Virus record (IMG/VR): IMGVR_UViG_3300020049_010822
Coordinates: 35,852-99,851 of that record
DNA length: 64,000 nt
Reading direction: 5' to 3' (one strand)
DNA from: a virus
Taxonomy: Duplodnaviria; Caudoviricetes
Shown one piece after another: positions 47,163 through 57,571 of the stretch (within the stretch, counting starts at the first letter, position 1; each line of letters begins with the position of its first letter). The notes beneath the pieces were generated by a model, which did not search any database, had not been told where the DNA came from, and saw nothing but the letters and a program-made list of their open reading frames with translations. The translations under genes and the position numbers were made by a program.

Positions 47163-47885
47163 TTATTCGTGTATAAGGAGCTTTTGGTTCCTTAGTTGTA
47201 GATACTCTGGACTTTGCGTATTTTGTGCCGCTAGTAAACAGGCTATGTCTACTATTTCTTTGTGCGTATGTTCTGCTGTTTCCAAAGTGTTTTGTGGGTA
47301 GACAACACCATCTATATAAGTATAAGTACCTAGGGAAACTCTAGAAGGAATTTTTATGTATTCTATGTATACATTGGGAATTACCTGGCTAGTATAAATA
47401 TAGAGGGACTGGCCTGTGTTTGAAGAACTTCTTCCTATGTTGTAGGGAATGAATTCTTGAGAGTCATTATTAAATGGATCCCTAAAGGTTTCAGTATAGT
47501 CGTCATGTTGTACAAATTTTAGCGGAGTCTTTTTAAGACAATCCGGAGAGATTTCTACATCAGTTCAGGCGTTTAACAAAAACATATAGGGGTATAAGGT
47601 ATTTTTTAAACTTACTTCAAAAACACCGGTTGAAACTTCGGTTGGAGTTATAGCTGTTTGTAGTGGAAATTTTATTACAAGATTACCCAAATCATCTATT
47701 CTCTTCTGTGAAGTTTCAAAACCGGATCGTTTTTGATTATTCATACCCATACGTTGCTTTATAAAAATTAACTGAGCTTCATTTAAAAGCCAGTCAATCT
47801 CTACAGCATTTAAATCTGGATTTGCTAAAGAATCCACTCTATCTAAATTCAACTTAAATTGATAATGTAATTCAGATGTGGACAT
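47163..47885 (-). CDS. head-proximal tail ring protein (240 aa); TGA=Trp at 47565-47567
   Basis: EIDWLLNEAQ...GFETSQKRIDDL; frame continues past the TGA to YIKIP...HKEIVDIA and TAA at 47163. Confidence 0.85.
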
Positions 47886-47891
47886 GTTTTT

Positions 47892-48872
47892 TTAAGCTTT
47901 TTCCTTAATTTGCTGACGGATTTCGTCGAACTCTTCTTTCTTTTTAGGGTTTAAGAAGAAGTCAACAGCCTCCGAATATTTATCTCCTATAACCAGAGTA
48001 GCTCCAGAACTACGTATCCAGGTCCAAGTATCTTGTTTTTGGAATACAATTCTATAATCTTCTGCTGTTTTTAACATAAACATTATTTCGAATTGAGCTC
48101 TTCCATCTGCTGTCTTTAAAAGATTTCCAATACCATTGAGTTTTTCAATGTTGGAATTAGAAAGATACGTAGAGGAATCAATCCATTCGGTTAATAGATT
48201 ATGTGTTTGTTCTTCAGACAGTTTAGTTCTAGCAGGAGCAATACCTAATAGACAAACCACTTTTTTCTTAACTGCTTCAGTAAAGTCTGAAGAGTGAAGC
48301 ATAGCAAAAGCTTTAGATTTCATTTGAGATCTTTTGTATTTAATCTCTTCTGATTCGTTTTCTAATGCAATGTAGTGCGTGGCTTTTGGGAATTTATGTT
48401 CGCGCCATTCTTTTTCTGAGTTAGCTACTTTAGAAGATGCTAGCATTACGTAATAACCTAGTTCATCTTCCATACGATCTAAATCTAGAACGGTGGAACC
48501 ATCTTTTAATTCCCATGAATGTTGGTAATAAAATCCTAGATCAGAACCATCTCCTCTATAACGAGTAGAGACAGCTTGATTAGAAAAATATCCTGCGGGC
48601 TTATTCCACTTCTTCTCAAGATGAGCTTGTAGTGTAATAGGTTCTCCCTTTTCATCTACTTCTGGAAGTCCTGTTTTAGGGTCTGTTTTATAATTGTAAG
48701 AAATATAATTAGCAAGTCCCCCAACTTTAGCGGAATACATAGCGATAAGTCTGTCACCTGCTCTACCTACTTTGGTTTTTTGGAGTTTAAGTCCTGAGGT
48801 TTGAGATGTCCAGTTGTGTATACCTGTTGCTGTTTCTCTGGGTATGCTTTTGATAAATATTAGTCTACTCAT
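47892..48872 (-). CDS. conserved crAss-like capsid-module protein
   Basis: Long ORF downstream of MCP; probable start MSRLIF at 48872. Confidence 0.6.
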   Translation of the reverse strand: MSRLIFIKSIPRETATGIHNWTSQTSGLKLQKTKVGRAGDRLIAMYSAKVGGLANYISYNYKTDPKTGLPEVDEKGEPITLQAHLEKKWNKPAGYFSNQAVSTRYRGDGSDLGFYYQHSWELKDGSTVLDLDRMEDELGYYVMLASSKVANSEKEWREHKFPKATHYIALENESEEIKYKRSQMKSKAFAMLHSSDFTEAVKKKVVCLLGIAPARTKLSEEQTHNLLTEWIDSSTYLSNSNIEKLNGIGNLLKTADGRAQFEIMFMLKTAEDYRIVFQKQDTWTWIRSSGATLVIGDKYSEAVDFFLNPKKKEEFDEIRQQIKEKA

Positions 48873-48926
48873 AGTTTTACTTCTTAATGCTTGACGGAAG
48901 TCTAACAATAATAATTGTTATATTTT

Positions 48927-49190
48927 TTAAAAATGTTTTAGTGAAAAGAACGCTGTGCTGGCTAATGTTAAATTAGCAAAAACAGTAGCGATCGTGGGAG
49001 GATACATCAGTGTAAAGATTGAAGACCCTGCAAGTAAGGCAACGGAGAATCTTAGTCCTGTTATAGATCACGTGTGTGAATCATGTTTTGTGGGAACGGC
49101 CATAAACTTCTCTTGCAAAAGATAAACAATGCCAACGACACTACTTATCACTGCTATTGGGTTTACTACCTTTAGTAGTTCTTCCACCAT
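48927..49190 (-). CDS. small membrane protein (87 aa), lysis-associated candidate; TGA=Trp at 49068-49070; absent from the track
   Basis: MVEELLKVVNPIAVISSVVGIVYLL...HT[TGA]SITGLRFSVALLAGSSIFTL...; three hydrophobic segments. Confidence 0.6.
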
Positions 49191-49479
49191 CTTGTAAATG
49201 CTTTTGTAGTGTTCCCTCAGTATACTGCATTATAAAATGGATTACTTTCATGGACACTAGCCCTAAGATGAATCCTAATGCGGTAGAGAATTTCTCTGGT
49301 AGATTCAATCAATGCTCTGCTAAGGGCTGTAAATACGCAGCTACAGAAGCCCCACTAATAATAAGTAGTAGAGCCCTGTAGAACGTTATCTTTGTTTCGT
49401 AGGTTAGGGAAACAACCCCACCTATTAAGCCTGCTAGCAAAACTGAAAGTTTTATCCCAAATTGTTGTTCAAAATCCAT
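49141..49479 (-). CDS. putative holin (112 aa); TGA=Trp at 49309-49311; absent from the track
   Basis: LSVLLAGLIGGVVSL / LLLIISGASVAAYL / ALGFILGLVSM hydrophobic helices and a hydrophilic C-tail. Confidence 0.7.
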
Positions 49480-49522
49480 ACAGTTTTTTAGGGAAATGTT
49501 TTGATGGAGAGTTTATTCTCGA

Positions 49523-51825
49523 TTATCCTTCGTAGTCGTAGATGAATTCGCCGCAAGAAGTAACGTCACGGATGACGGCTCCAAGTGTACCTTCGATTGC
49601 TACTGAGTAAGCAGCTTCTGAAGAACCAGCAAGTCCGTTACCAGTGATTGGTCCGGTTGGAGAAATGCTACCATTTACGTGGAAATAACGGAAAGTATCT
49701 TTAACTTTAAGAAGTTCGATATTACGACCTAAGCCTTTACCGCGAGATTCGAAGTCCAAGAATGTCATACGAGCTGAATCGATAGGCATATTTGGATACT
49801 GTGGGTGGAAGCGTTTGCAGTAACGAAGATCGTCATAAAGAGGATTCATCATCAAGCGAACTTTGATACCCAAAGGACCAGTATATTCTACGAACTGAGC
49901 ACCGTAAGCAAGACCTGGAGTTGAAGAAGCTGGATTAGAAGCAGAACGAATGAAGTGAGAATCAACAGTAAGGAATCCGTTTGCCACTGCAGCAAGTGCG
50001 TTGTGGAAAAGAATTGCACCAAGTTGACCAGTCATGATGGTTACACCACGATTCGATTCGTCAGTACGGCCAAAGAAAATGTTCAAGAGATAGTCTTGAA
50101 GCATAGATACTGAAAGAGGACCAGAGAAATACTGGCAATTATATTCAACTAAACTCGTTAGGTTTAGCCCGTTAACCTTGGCCCCAGAGGTTAACCGCTG
50201 CATATTTCTATGCAGATTAGATCATATCATTCTCCTTAGTAAGATGTTTAGCTAAGGAGATTTCCCATTTCGACTCACTTGAGTCTACGAGCTTCCGCTC
50301 TGATCGTTGAACATTAAAATTATAAATTTTCTCTATGTGTTGCATGAATTCTTTGGGAGTTTTCATATATTTTGCGACATTGCAACACTGACAACATGGA
50401 ACTACATTATCTATTTCATAACCTCTCGAAGGATCTAGGCGATCCATGCCTGTATAGTTATAAGTAATTAATTTTGTTCTAATCATTGTATTGTCCGGAG
50501 AAGCTCCGCAATAAGTACATCTAGCTGAGAAAAGTTCCGAAGCTTGGTCTATAGTTAGATCAAAATTCAAACCTCTTTGTTTAGCACTTTTTCTATATCT
50601 GTAATATATAGTGCTATACTTATCGGAAGAAGTCATCTTCTTATTTCTAAGAAAATTATAATTACAAATTTGACAACCCACATACCCATATTTAAGTAGG
50701 CGTTTAATTGCTCTATCTGGAACTGCAGAATGTCCTTGTGTACTCTTTCCGCATTTACAAGTTAAGGTGTAGTTACCTTTTCCAGATGTATAATTTGTAA
50801 TTGTTAAATCTCCGATGTTTGTACCTATTGGATATTTCATATTTATAATAATCTTTGCTGCTGATTTCCCTCGACTTTACGTTAGGGGGTCCCAGCAATT
50901 AGAGAAATTTTTCGAATCGCATTACTACGATAAGGGACCCAAATTTTATTTCAATCCAAGAATCTTTCAGTTGTTGGCGAATACCAGGACCTGTCTTCTG
51001 TGAATATCCATCTGGACCAGGCATAGTAGATTTCTCACCATATACAAGGGCGTATTCCATACCTTGATACAGCTCATCCACCATAGCACCTTCGTAGTAA
51101 GACATGAACTTATTTACGGTAGAAACTTTACCGTTGTAATCAGTGTGCATGAACTCAAAACCAAGACGACCTTGTTGACGCTGTGCTTTGTCAGTTACAT
51201 TAATTTTCTGAGCGAAAGCTCCGATTTGAGATTCCAACATGAATACGTTAGGAACCTGTTGGGTACCGAACCATTTGTTAAGTTCAGAAGGAACAGCGGT
51301 AGTTACTTTAGAGAACTCACGACCTACACCCAAGTAAATTGGATCAAGGTATTTTTGTGGGTTGTCAGTAAGGATCTTAAGAGTATAGATTGTACCAGTA
51401 CCGTCAGAAAGTTTGTCTACAACTTGAAGTTGATATTCATTATCTTCAGAAACCAAAACGTCTGGATAGTGATAGTAATCAAGGTCCAACTTAACACGGA
51501 AAGTTCCGTTGTTCAGACCTGGGGTTGTGTTTGCGGTTTCGATAAGTTCTACTACGCGCGCGCAACGATATTCCGCACCTTGAAGTCTCCAGCGTACTAT
51601 TTCAGATTCAATCTCCATACCACCATTAGTACCTTGGCCAGCAAGATTCATAAATGGTTTTACTTTGAAGAACTCAGATTGTGAGGAGTAGACTTTCATC
51701 AACATACCAGGAAGGTATGTAGGCTTACCACCTTCGAAGGCAGCAGCTAAGTAATCGGAATCAACAAAATTACCACCAAAACCTTCGTAATGTTTGATGA
51801 TAAGAGATGATTGAGGATTTGACAT
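49523..51825 (-). CDS. major capsid protein (494 aa), join(51825..50954,50135..49523)
   Basis: crAss-type MCP motifs (QKTGPGIRQQL, MTGQLG, MNPLYDD); splicing gives DSWIQYFSGPL; located after portal and scaffold. Confidence 0.9.
50136..50953 (-). mobile_element. group I intron (818 nt) in MCP
   Basis: P1 exon GGAT / intron GTCC with U-G at splice site; AATTGCTGGGA, AATCAGCAGC, GTTCAACGATCA, ATGATATGATCT core words; terminal G at 50136 restores the frame. Confidence 0.88.
50217..50840 (-). CDS. intron-encoded HNH homing endonuclease
   Basis: CTYCG...GMDRLDPSRGYEIDNVVPCCQCCN. Confidence 0.85.
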   Translation of the reverse strand: MKYPIGTNIGDLTITNYTSGKGNYTLTCKCGKSTQGHSAVPDRAIKRLLKYGYVGCQICNYNFLRNKKMTSSDKYSTIYYRYRKSAKQRGLNFDLTIDQASELFSARCTYCGASPDNTMIRTKLITYNYTGMDRLDPSRGYEIDNVVPCCQCCNVAKYMKTPKEFMQHIEKIYNFNVQRSERKLVDSSESKWEISLAKHLTKENDMI

Positions 51826-51832
51826 AAATTAA

Positions 51833-52876
51833 TTATTGTTTGAGATAAGTTTCCCAGTCAAGCTTATTAGAATTGGGAGATTTTGAAGTTGAAGCTCTTT
51901 GAGCTTGTTTCGGATTTAAGGTTTTGTTTAAAAGCTCATGGAATTGATCCGTGGCCTTTGTCTTTGCTCTTTTTTCAAAACGTTCTGTTGAGAACCCTGA
52001 ATTAGGGTTATACTCCAACAGAATATCTGCCAGCTGAGCTTGATGTTCTGGATTTGCGAGAATTGATTGTATAGCGTAATTAAAACCCGTGGTGTTATTG
52101 CCCGCAATATTAACTGGATCGAAAAAGAAACTACGCACTTTTTGTTTTCTTTGTGGATGAATTGCTGTAGTGGTTTCTACTGCTTTTGCAAGAGCCATAG
52201 TCTGGGCTTCAGCTTGTGCTTGCGCTGCTGCTCTGGCCTGCTCTGTTTGAATTAAAAGATTCTTTTGATCTTCTAAGCGCATTTCAGTAAGCTCTTTAAA
52301 GCAATCTTCAGCCTCTATTTTAAGATCATCTTCATCTGTAATGAGAGAGACAAGTCTAGCTATCTTTTCATCCGTGTAATTAGATGTAGCTTTATAGTGT
52401 TGAGCTATAACTTTACGTTGATCTTCTACCTTAGTAAGATCTACATTTTGTAGTGGATCTGCTCCGTATACGGATAAGAACTCATCTAAAGATGACCCAC
52501 CCTTTAGAGCGTAATCTAAAAGAGGTTTGAAATCTTCTGGAAGAGCTTGGAATATTTTATCTACAGCAGCAGCTTCTTTGGCTGCTTTTGTATGTTCAAA
52601 TATCTTTTGTAGTTCCTCTGAAGTACCAGTAAACTGTAGATCTTCAGGAATTTCTATAAGATCGTTTTGTTTTAAGAAGTCAACATATCCTACTAAAACC
52701 TCATCTACTACCTCCACTTCTTCGTGTTCAGGTTCTGTAGATTCTACCTCTTCTTTGTGTTCTTCTTCTTTATGAATGTTGTCTATAGTGGAGAATTGTG
52801 GTTCTTGTGGAGTGTCAATAGTGCTAGCGGTAGTACCTGCAAACATCTCTGCGAGGAAGTCATCTTGTGTGTTCAT
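51833..52876 (-). CDS. capsid scaffolding/assembly protein
   Basis: Acidic, helical 347-aa protein between portal and MCP. Confidence 0.65.
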   Translation of the reverse strand: MNTQDDFLAEMFAGTTASTIDTPQEPQFSTIDNIHKEEEHKEEVESTEPEHEEVEVVDEVLVGYVDFLKQNDLIEIPEDLQFTGTSEELQKIFEHTKAAKEAAAVDKIFQALPEDFKPLLDYALKGGSSLDEFLSVYGADPLQNVDLTKVEDQRKVIAQHYKATSNYTDEKIARLVSLITDEDDLKIEAEDCFKELTEMRLEDQKNLLIQTEQARAAAQAQAEAQTMALAKAVETTTAIHPQRKQKVRSFFFDPVNIAGNNTTGFNYAIQSILANPEHQAQLADILLEYNPNSGFSTERFEKRAKTKATDQFHELLNKTLNPKQAQRASTSKSPNSNKLDWETYLKQ

Positions 52877-52910
52877 GTAAATATAATATTTTTTTTATTA
52901 AATGTCAACT
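52877..52910 (-). promoter_or_regulatory. Bacteroidota-type promoter with near-leaderless transcript
   Basis: TTGACA...TATATTTA immediately before the ATG (variant of TTG-N19/21-TAnnTTTG). Confidence 0.5.
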
Positions 52911-52941
52911 TTTTTTGCATTTATTTTGCCCTGCTAATAGC

Positions 52942-55368
52942 CTATGAACTTGTTTTTGGCTTCCTAGCTTTGATTTTTAGGTCTTTTTCTTTAAGCTCCT
53001 TGTCTTGCTGAAGCTTCTTTTCTTCTAGTGAAAGTTTCCTTTCTGCCAGCTTATTTTCCATTAAAAACTTCTGAACCTCGAACTGATCCGGTGTTCCGTT
53101 ATCATTAACGTCTTGATCTTTTTGAAACTTGAAAGACTCAATATTAGCGATCAGAACTTCATGTTCAAACTCTCTTGCTTGTTTCTCAAGTTCAAAAGCT
53201 TGTTGAGATTGTTGAGCCTCGGCTTGAGCTTGTAATTCAGCTTGTGCTTGTTCGTTTTGTTGCTTCTGGAAATTCTCTTCTGAAGTCTTAATTGCCGTCT
53301 TAAGTTCAGCAGCAGAAGTAGCTTCATAAAGAGTAATAAGATCTGAGAAAGTGGCGCGGTTTGTGTTAAGAAGACCGTCAGAAATACCTTTCAATGCTTG
53401 GAACATTTCGTGCTCTCTACCAGAATCAGTAACAAAAATACCTAAATCGCAATCGAGGAGATCATCCTCAGAAAGTTCTAAAGTGGCTAGGGAAGAATCA
53501 TCAAGAACAAATTGTTTTATTACGGATTTGCCTTTCCAAGTGGTTCTTGCGACTTGAAGAAGAGAGGTTAAACACTTCTCCCAAAGTTTATTATGAAGAT
53601 GAAAGTATATCTCGGTGATTAAAGCCGACATCTGTATGTTAGCTTGCGCGTTAGTAACCGCTTCAGTAGGAGCAGTCTGACCTTCACGTTGACGAGATAC
53701 TCCAGCAACCTCTGAAATCTGTGCGTCTATGGCTGAAAGTACATTAACATAATTTAGAATGTACTGCATATTAGACATGTCTATCGAGGTAGATACAGTA
53801 GATCTTTGGTTCTGTCCTGGCTGATCTGCGTTAGCTAAAGGATTAAAGAAGTTGATGTTCATCTCTTTAAGATAATACAGCGTCTTCTCTACTCCGACTT
53901 TCGGATCTACCATAGAGACGTCGAAGGGGAATACTTTACCTTGGTCTTGTGCAATGAGTTTCTTTAGCTTGTGCATCACTATGAAGTACAAATATTGAAA
54001 AGGCTTCATCCTATCCATAAGTGAAACAGGTGTAGCATTCATGGCATTGTACACCACTCCATGATATCCTAAGGAAACTTCATATGGATTATCCTTAGGT
54101 CTAAACTGTTCTTCTTTAGGCCCAATCATACAGTATATATCCTGTCCTATCTTAGTTCCAGTCCATACCTCAGGAATATAGTCCCAAGTTAGTTTAAATA
54201 CTTTATCTTCTAACTGCCAAGTATAATACGTTACCTTGCGTTTAAACTCTTTTAGTTCTATAACTTTTTCAGCTTCTTCTGGAACTAAGAATTCTTCTGA
54301 AACCATAATAGTTTCCTCATCCTCAAACTCATTAATGAATGTAAGGAATCCTATCTTCTTTTGAGACACCCACTCCACGTGCTGCACTAGAATATCTTCA
54401 GTATGAGACTTTCCATAAGAACCGTGTTCGTTAGTGAACATAGATTGAAAAAGCGGATCTGGATTTTGATGTCCGTATTTCATAGTGCCTGACATGGTAT
54501 AATCCCGCATCGCAGTATTTATAGGAGAAGAAGAATCTATCTTATTAACGTCTGCATCAGAGAGATATCTACCATACCTATCTAGTACTTCACCTGGATT
54601 CATGTATACCGTACATCCAGCATAAAGGGATTTTTGTATCCACTTCTCCTCTCCTGATTTATGGTAGAAAGCGCCAAGGGAGTTTACCGGAGCGATGTAA
54701 GGTTCACCATTTGTTACTCCTACATACACTATCTCTTCTCCTGATATAAGCCCGTGCTTAAAAGCATCATTCTTTAAATCTCGGATGTCTAGTTTCTTCT
54801 GTAGATACTGAAGAATTTTCTCGCCTAGAATCTCTCTACGTTCGCGGTAGTTATACTTCATGTACTTCTGAGTCTCTTCGGGTGGGAGTATATCGGTGGA
54901 TATATCCTCTAAAAGATCTGGAGTATAAAGTTGAGATACATTCTTAATAGTCTCTTGCAACTGCGCGTAAATGTAATTCCTTATCATAGAATCACGATAC
55001 TGCAGTTTAGAACGGATTCCTTCAGCATTAGTAAGTACTGTTCTAAAGTTAAATGGACGTTTTGATTCATCTGATAGAAGTACTTGGATCTTATTATATG
55101 TCTTGTTATAAGGCTGAATAGAATCTTGAAATTGTCCTATCTCTAATCCTAAGGAATTACAGTCGCGTTCAAAGTCTTTTTGGTCTAGCTGATTATTATA
55201 GAGTCTATAATTAGAAAGCTTTCTTCCGTATTCAGAATTGTAGTTATTAACTATATCCTGTTGCTGAGGAGAACTAACCAAAATAGAATCTATAACTTCC
55301 TTAGCCCATTTAAAATCCTCTGCTGACTTCTTAGTATAAGATAGTCTTTGTTTGGGAAAATTGTGCAT
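52942..55368 (-). CDS. portal protein
   Basis: 808 aa after TerL; crAss portal motifs (FPKQRL, SLMDRMKPFQYLY, GVSRQREGQ). Confidence 0.92.
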   Translation of the reverse strand: MHNFPKQRLSYTKKSAEDFKWAKEVIDSILVSSPQQQDIVNNYNSEYGRKLSNYRLYNNQLDQKDFERDCNSLGLEIGQFQDSIQPYNKTYNKIQVLLSDESKRPFNFRTVLTNAEGIRSKLQYRDSMIRNYIYAQLQETIKNVSQLYTPDLLEDISTDILPPEETQKYMKYNYRERREILGEKILQYLQKKLDIRDLKNDAFKHGLISGEEIVYVGVTNGEPYIAPVNSLGAFYHKSGEEKWIQKSLYAGCTVYMNPGEVLDRYGRYLSDADVNKIDSSSPINTAMRDYTMSGTMKYGHQNPDPLFQSMFTNEHGSYGKSHTEDILVQHVEWVSQKKIGFLTFINEFEDEETIMVSEEFLVPEEAEKVIELKEFKRKVTYYTWQLEDKVFKLTWDYIPEVWTGTKIGQDIYCMIGPKEEQFRPKDNPYEVSLGYHGVVYNAMNATPVSLMDRMKPFQYLYFIVMHKLKKLIAQDQGKVFPFDVSMVDPKVGVEKTLYYLKEMNINFFNPLANADQPGQNQRSTVSTSIDMSNMQYILNYVNVLSAIDAQISEVAGVSRQREGQTAPTEAVTNAQANIQMSALITEIYFHLHNKLWEKCLTSLLQVARTTWKGKSVIKQFVLDDSSLATLELSEDDLLDCDLGIFVTDSGREHEMFQALKGISDGLLNTNRATFSDLITLYEATSAAELKTAIKTSEENFQKQQNEQAQAELQAQAEAQQSQQAFELEKQAREFEHEVLIANIESFKFQKDQDVNDNGTPDQFEVQKFLMENKLAERKLSLEEKKLQQDKELKEKDLKIKARKPKTSS

Positions 55369-57571
55369 TGAAAAGTTTTTTGTTGTTTACTATAAATTTA
55401 TCCATATCTTTGGAAAGCTGACTCTCCTCAGAGAAGAATTCTTGTCTTCGTTTATTTAAGTTTTGGGTTTCTTGTAGACCTATTATACATCCGGTGAACC
55501 CCATAACACGGTCAAAGTTACCATCCATGTTAAATGATATGAGCTCCTGTATTAGTGCCGGATCTGATATTAAGTCTAAATTTCTTACGTTTTCTGATCG
55601 CTCTTCAAGGAGCCACATTCTAAGATACTGTAGTGCTTCCCATTTAACCTTGTCGTTTGACATTGGATATCCATACACGACTTGAGGTCCGGAATCATAG
55701 GAGGCTTTTTTGTTGAAGATAGTCACAGGTTGGCGAGCCAAGAGGTCGAGTCGTCGTATCCGCTCGAAATAGTCTTTAACGTTACCGACCGCATTTTCAA
55801 AGTATATTTTTGCGTTTCCATAAAAGAGTGAAAGTTTATACATTATTTCATTAACCTCATTCTTACCGAGATAAGGTCTGCCTATATAAGAAGCTACAAT
55901 TTCATCGTATCCAATTGTGGAGGGATGTTTGGAAGTCTTCACTACATATATAGCAGCAAGAGACTGTCCTGTTTCAGAATCATCTTTAAATGGGTCACAA
56001 CCAATAATATAACCTCCTTCTGGAACTTGGTCATTAATAAGCTTTGGAAACTCATAAATAACTACTGAACCTTCTCTATCATCTCCATCATAAGGAAATG
56101 TAGATATGGCAGTTCTAGCCGCATCTATCTCGTAGTTAACTCCATTGTACACTTTAGAAGTAGGATCAAAGAATAAATTTACTTTCTTCTCTAAGAGATC
56201 ATATATCTTGTGTGTCTGTATTTCAGAGAGTCTTCTACGTAGTTCAGTAGTAGGAAAGATGTTAGCTGTCTTAGTTAAGAACATCTCGGAAGGAACTAGC
56301 GGTCGATATTGAATCTCCTTGTTTAGAGCTTCAGAACCCTTAGAGGCTCCCCCTTTAACTTTCCTAGTTTTAATGAGCTCATTCTTGGCAGCCTCGATGT
56401 CTGACATCCCTAGTTTATCCTTATACTCGTTAAGAGCAAGATAAGCGGGAATGAAATATCCTATTTGTCCTCTACCTTCCCACACATCATTGAATGCGAG
56501 TATATCATACTTATCAGGCTCATAGAACATCTCTGAAGCATCTAGAGTACCAGCAGCCATGTCACCACCAGTACCTAGCATCATAAGCATTCCAATCTTA
56601 CGTAGACCGTCTCTAAAGTTATCCACCGTATTGGTATATACTTCTTTAAGATTACCAAAGTGACCCGCTTCTTCTAAGACCATAAGCAGTGGACGAGTAC
56701 CTTGAGCAGCAAAGGCGTTAGCTGAGAACGATCGATGTTTTATAGCTGATTTAGACCCGGCAGTTACCCAGGCTCCTTCGTGTTTCTTTTTGTACTCAGC
56801 TACAAGTTCCTTGTTTACTTCCCAAGATCCCCTAGTCTGTTTAAAGAAAGGAGAAGGATATGTTCTATCTTGAAGAACTCGTTTACCTGGAAGAAGATCA
56901 AAGGATTCCCGAACCTTCTTTAAGATATCCGCAGATCTATCTGACTTCTCAGCACCTACAAGTATCTCCACTGGATTGGGATTACGTATTGAATCTTCGT
57001 TGTACGCGGTAGCCCCATCAAATAGAAAGTTATGTCCTATCACCCCAGAAACAAGGAACGATTTACCAAGACCACGAGATCCTAACATCATGAAGTTCTT
57101 AAGCGGATTCTCAAATAGTGGGGATCCAAGTGAGTTATTCCATTTAGAGCGCATGAGTTTCCCAGCAGGCATATATAGCTTGCGGGAACCAGAAGTGGAT
57201 ATCGTATTAGGATAATACTTAAGTAGGAACTCATCCGTAACCTCCTCTAAGAGAACCCTATTAGCGGAGTAAACTTCATCATCAGAGAAACCAGAAAAAC
57301 CTCGTGCTTCAGTGTAGTTGTAGAAGAAATCTCATTCAATGTCTCTAAGCCAGGGCCTTGAGAAAACTTTTGGTAAATGTGGTTTGGGATTAAGACGTAT
57401 GGTATGAAAGTTCACATAATAGTAAAGGGCTGGAGGAACCCACGTCCCCCCAACCCAAAAACCTTCAACACATCTTCTTTTCTGCTCTCTTCACCATGAT
57501 TTATAATCCATCGAGAGTGGATGGAGTATCGGTATGTCTTTAATTACTAAACTATCATAATTATCCAGCAT
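55331..57571 (-). CDS. terL: terminase large subunit (746 aa); TGA=Trp at 57491-57493 and 57332-57334
   Basis: SRGLGKS Walker A, LEEAG Walker B, GTGG, GCDPF, NFDRV; N-terminus YKSW[TGA]REQKRRCVEG and RPWLRDIE[TGA] recovered only by readthrough; ATG overlaps the groEL stop. Confidence 0.92.
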
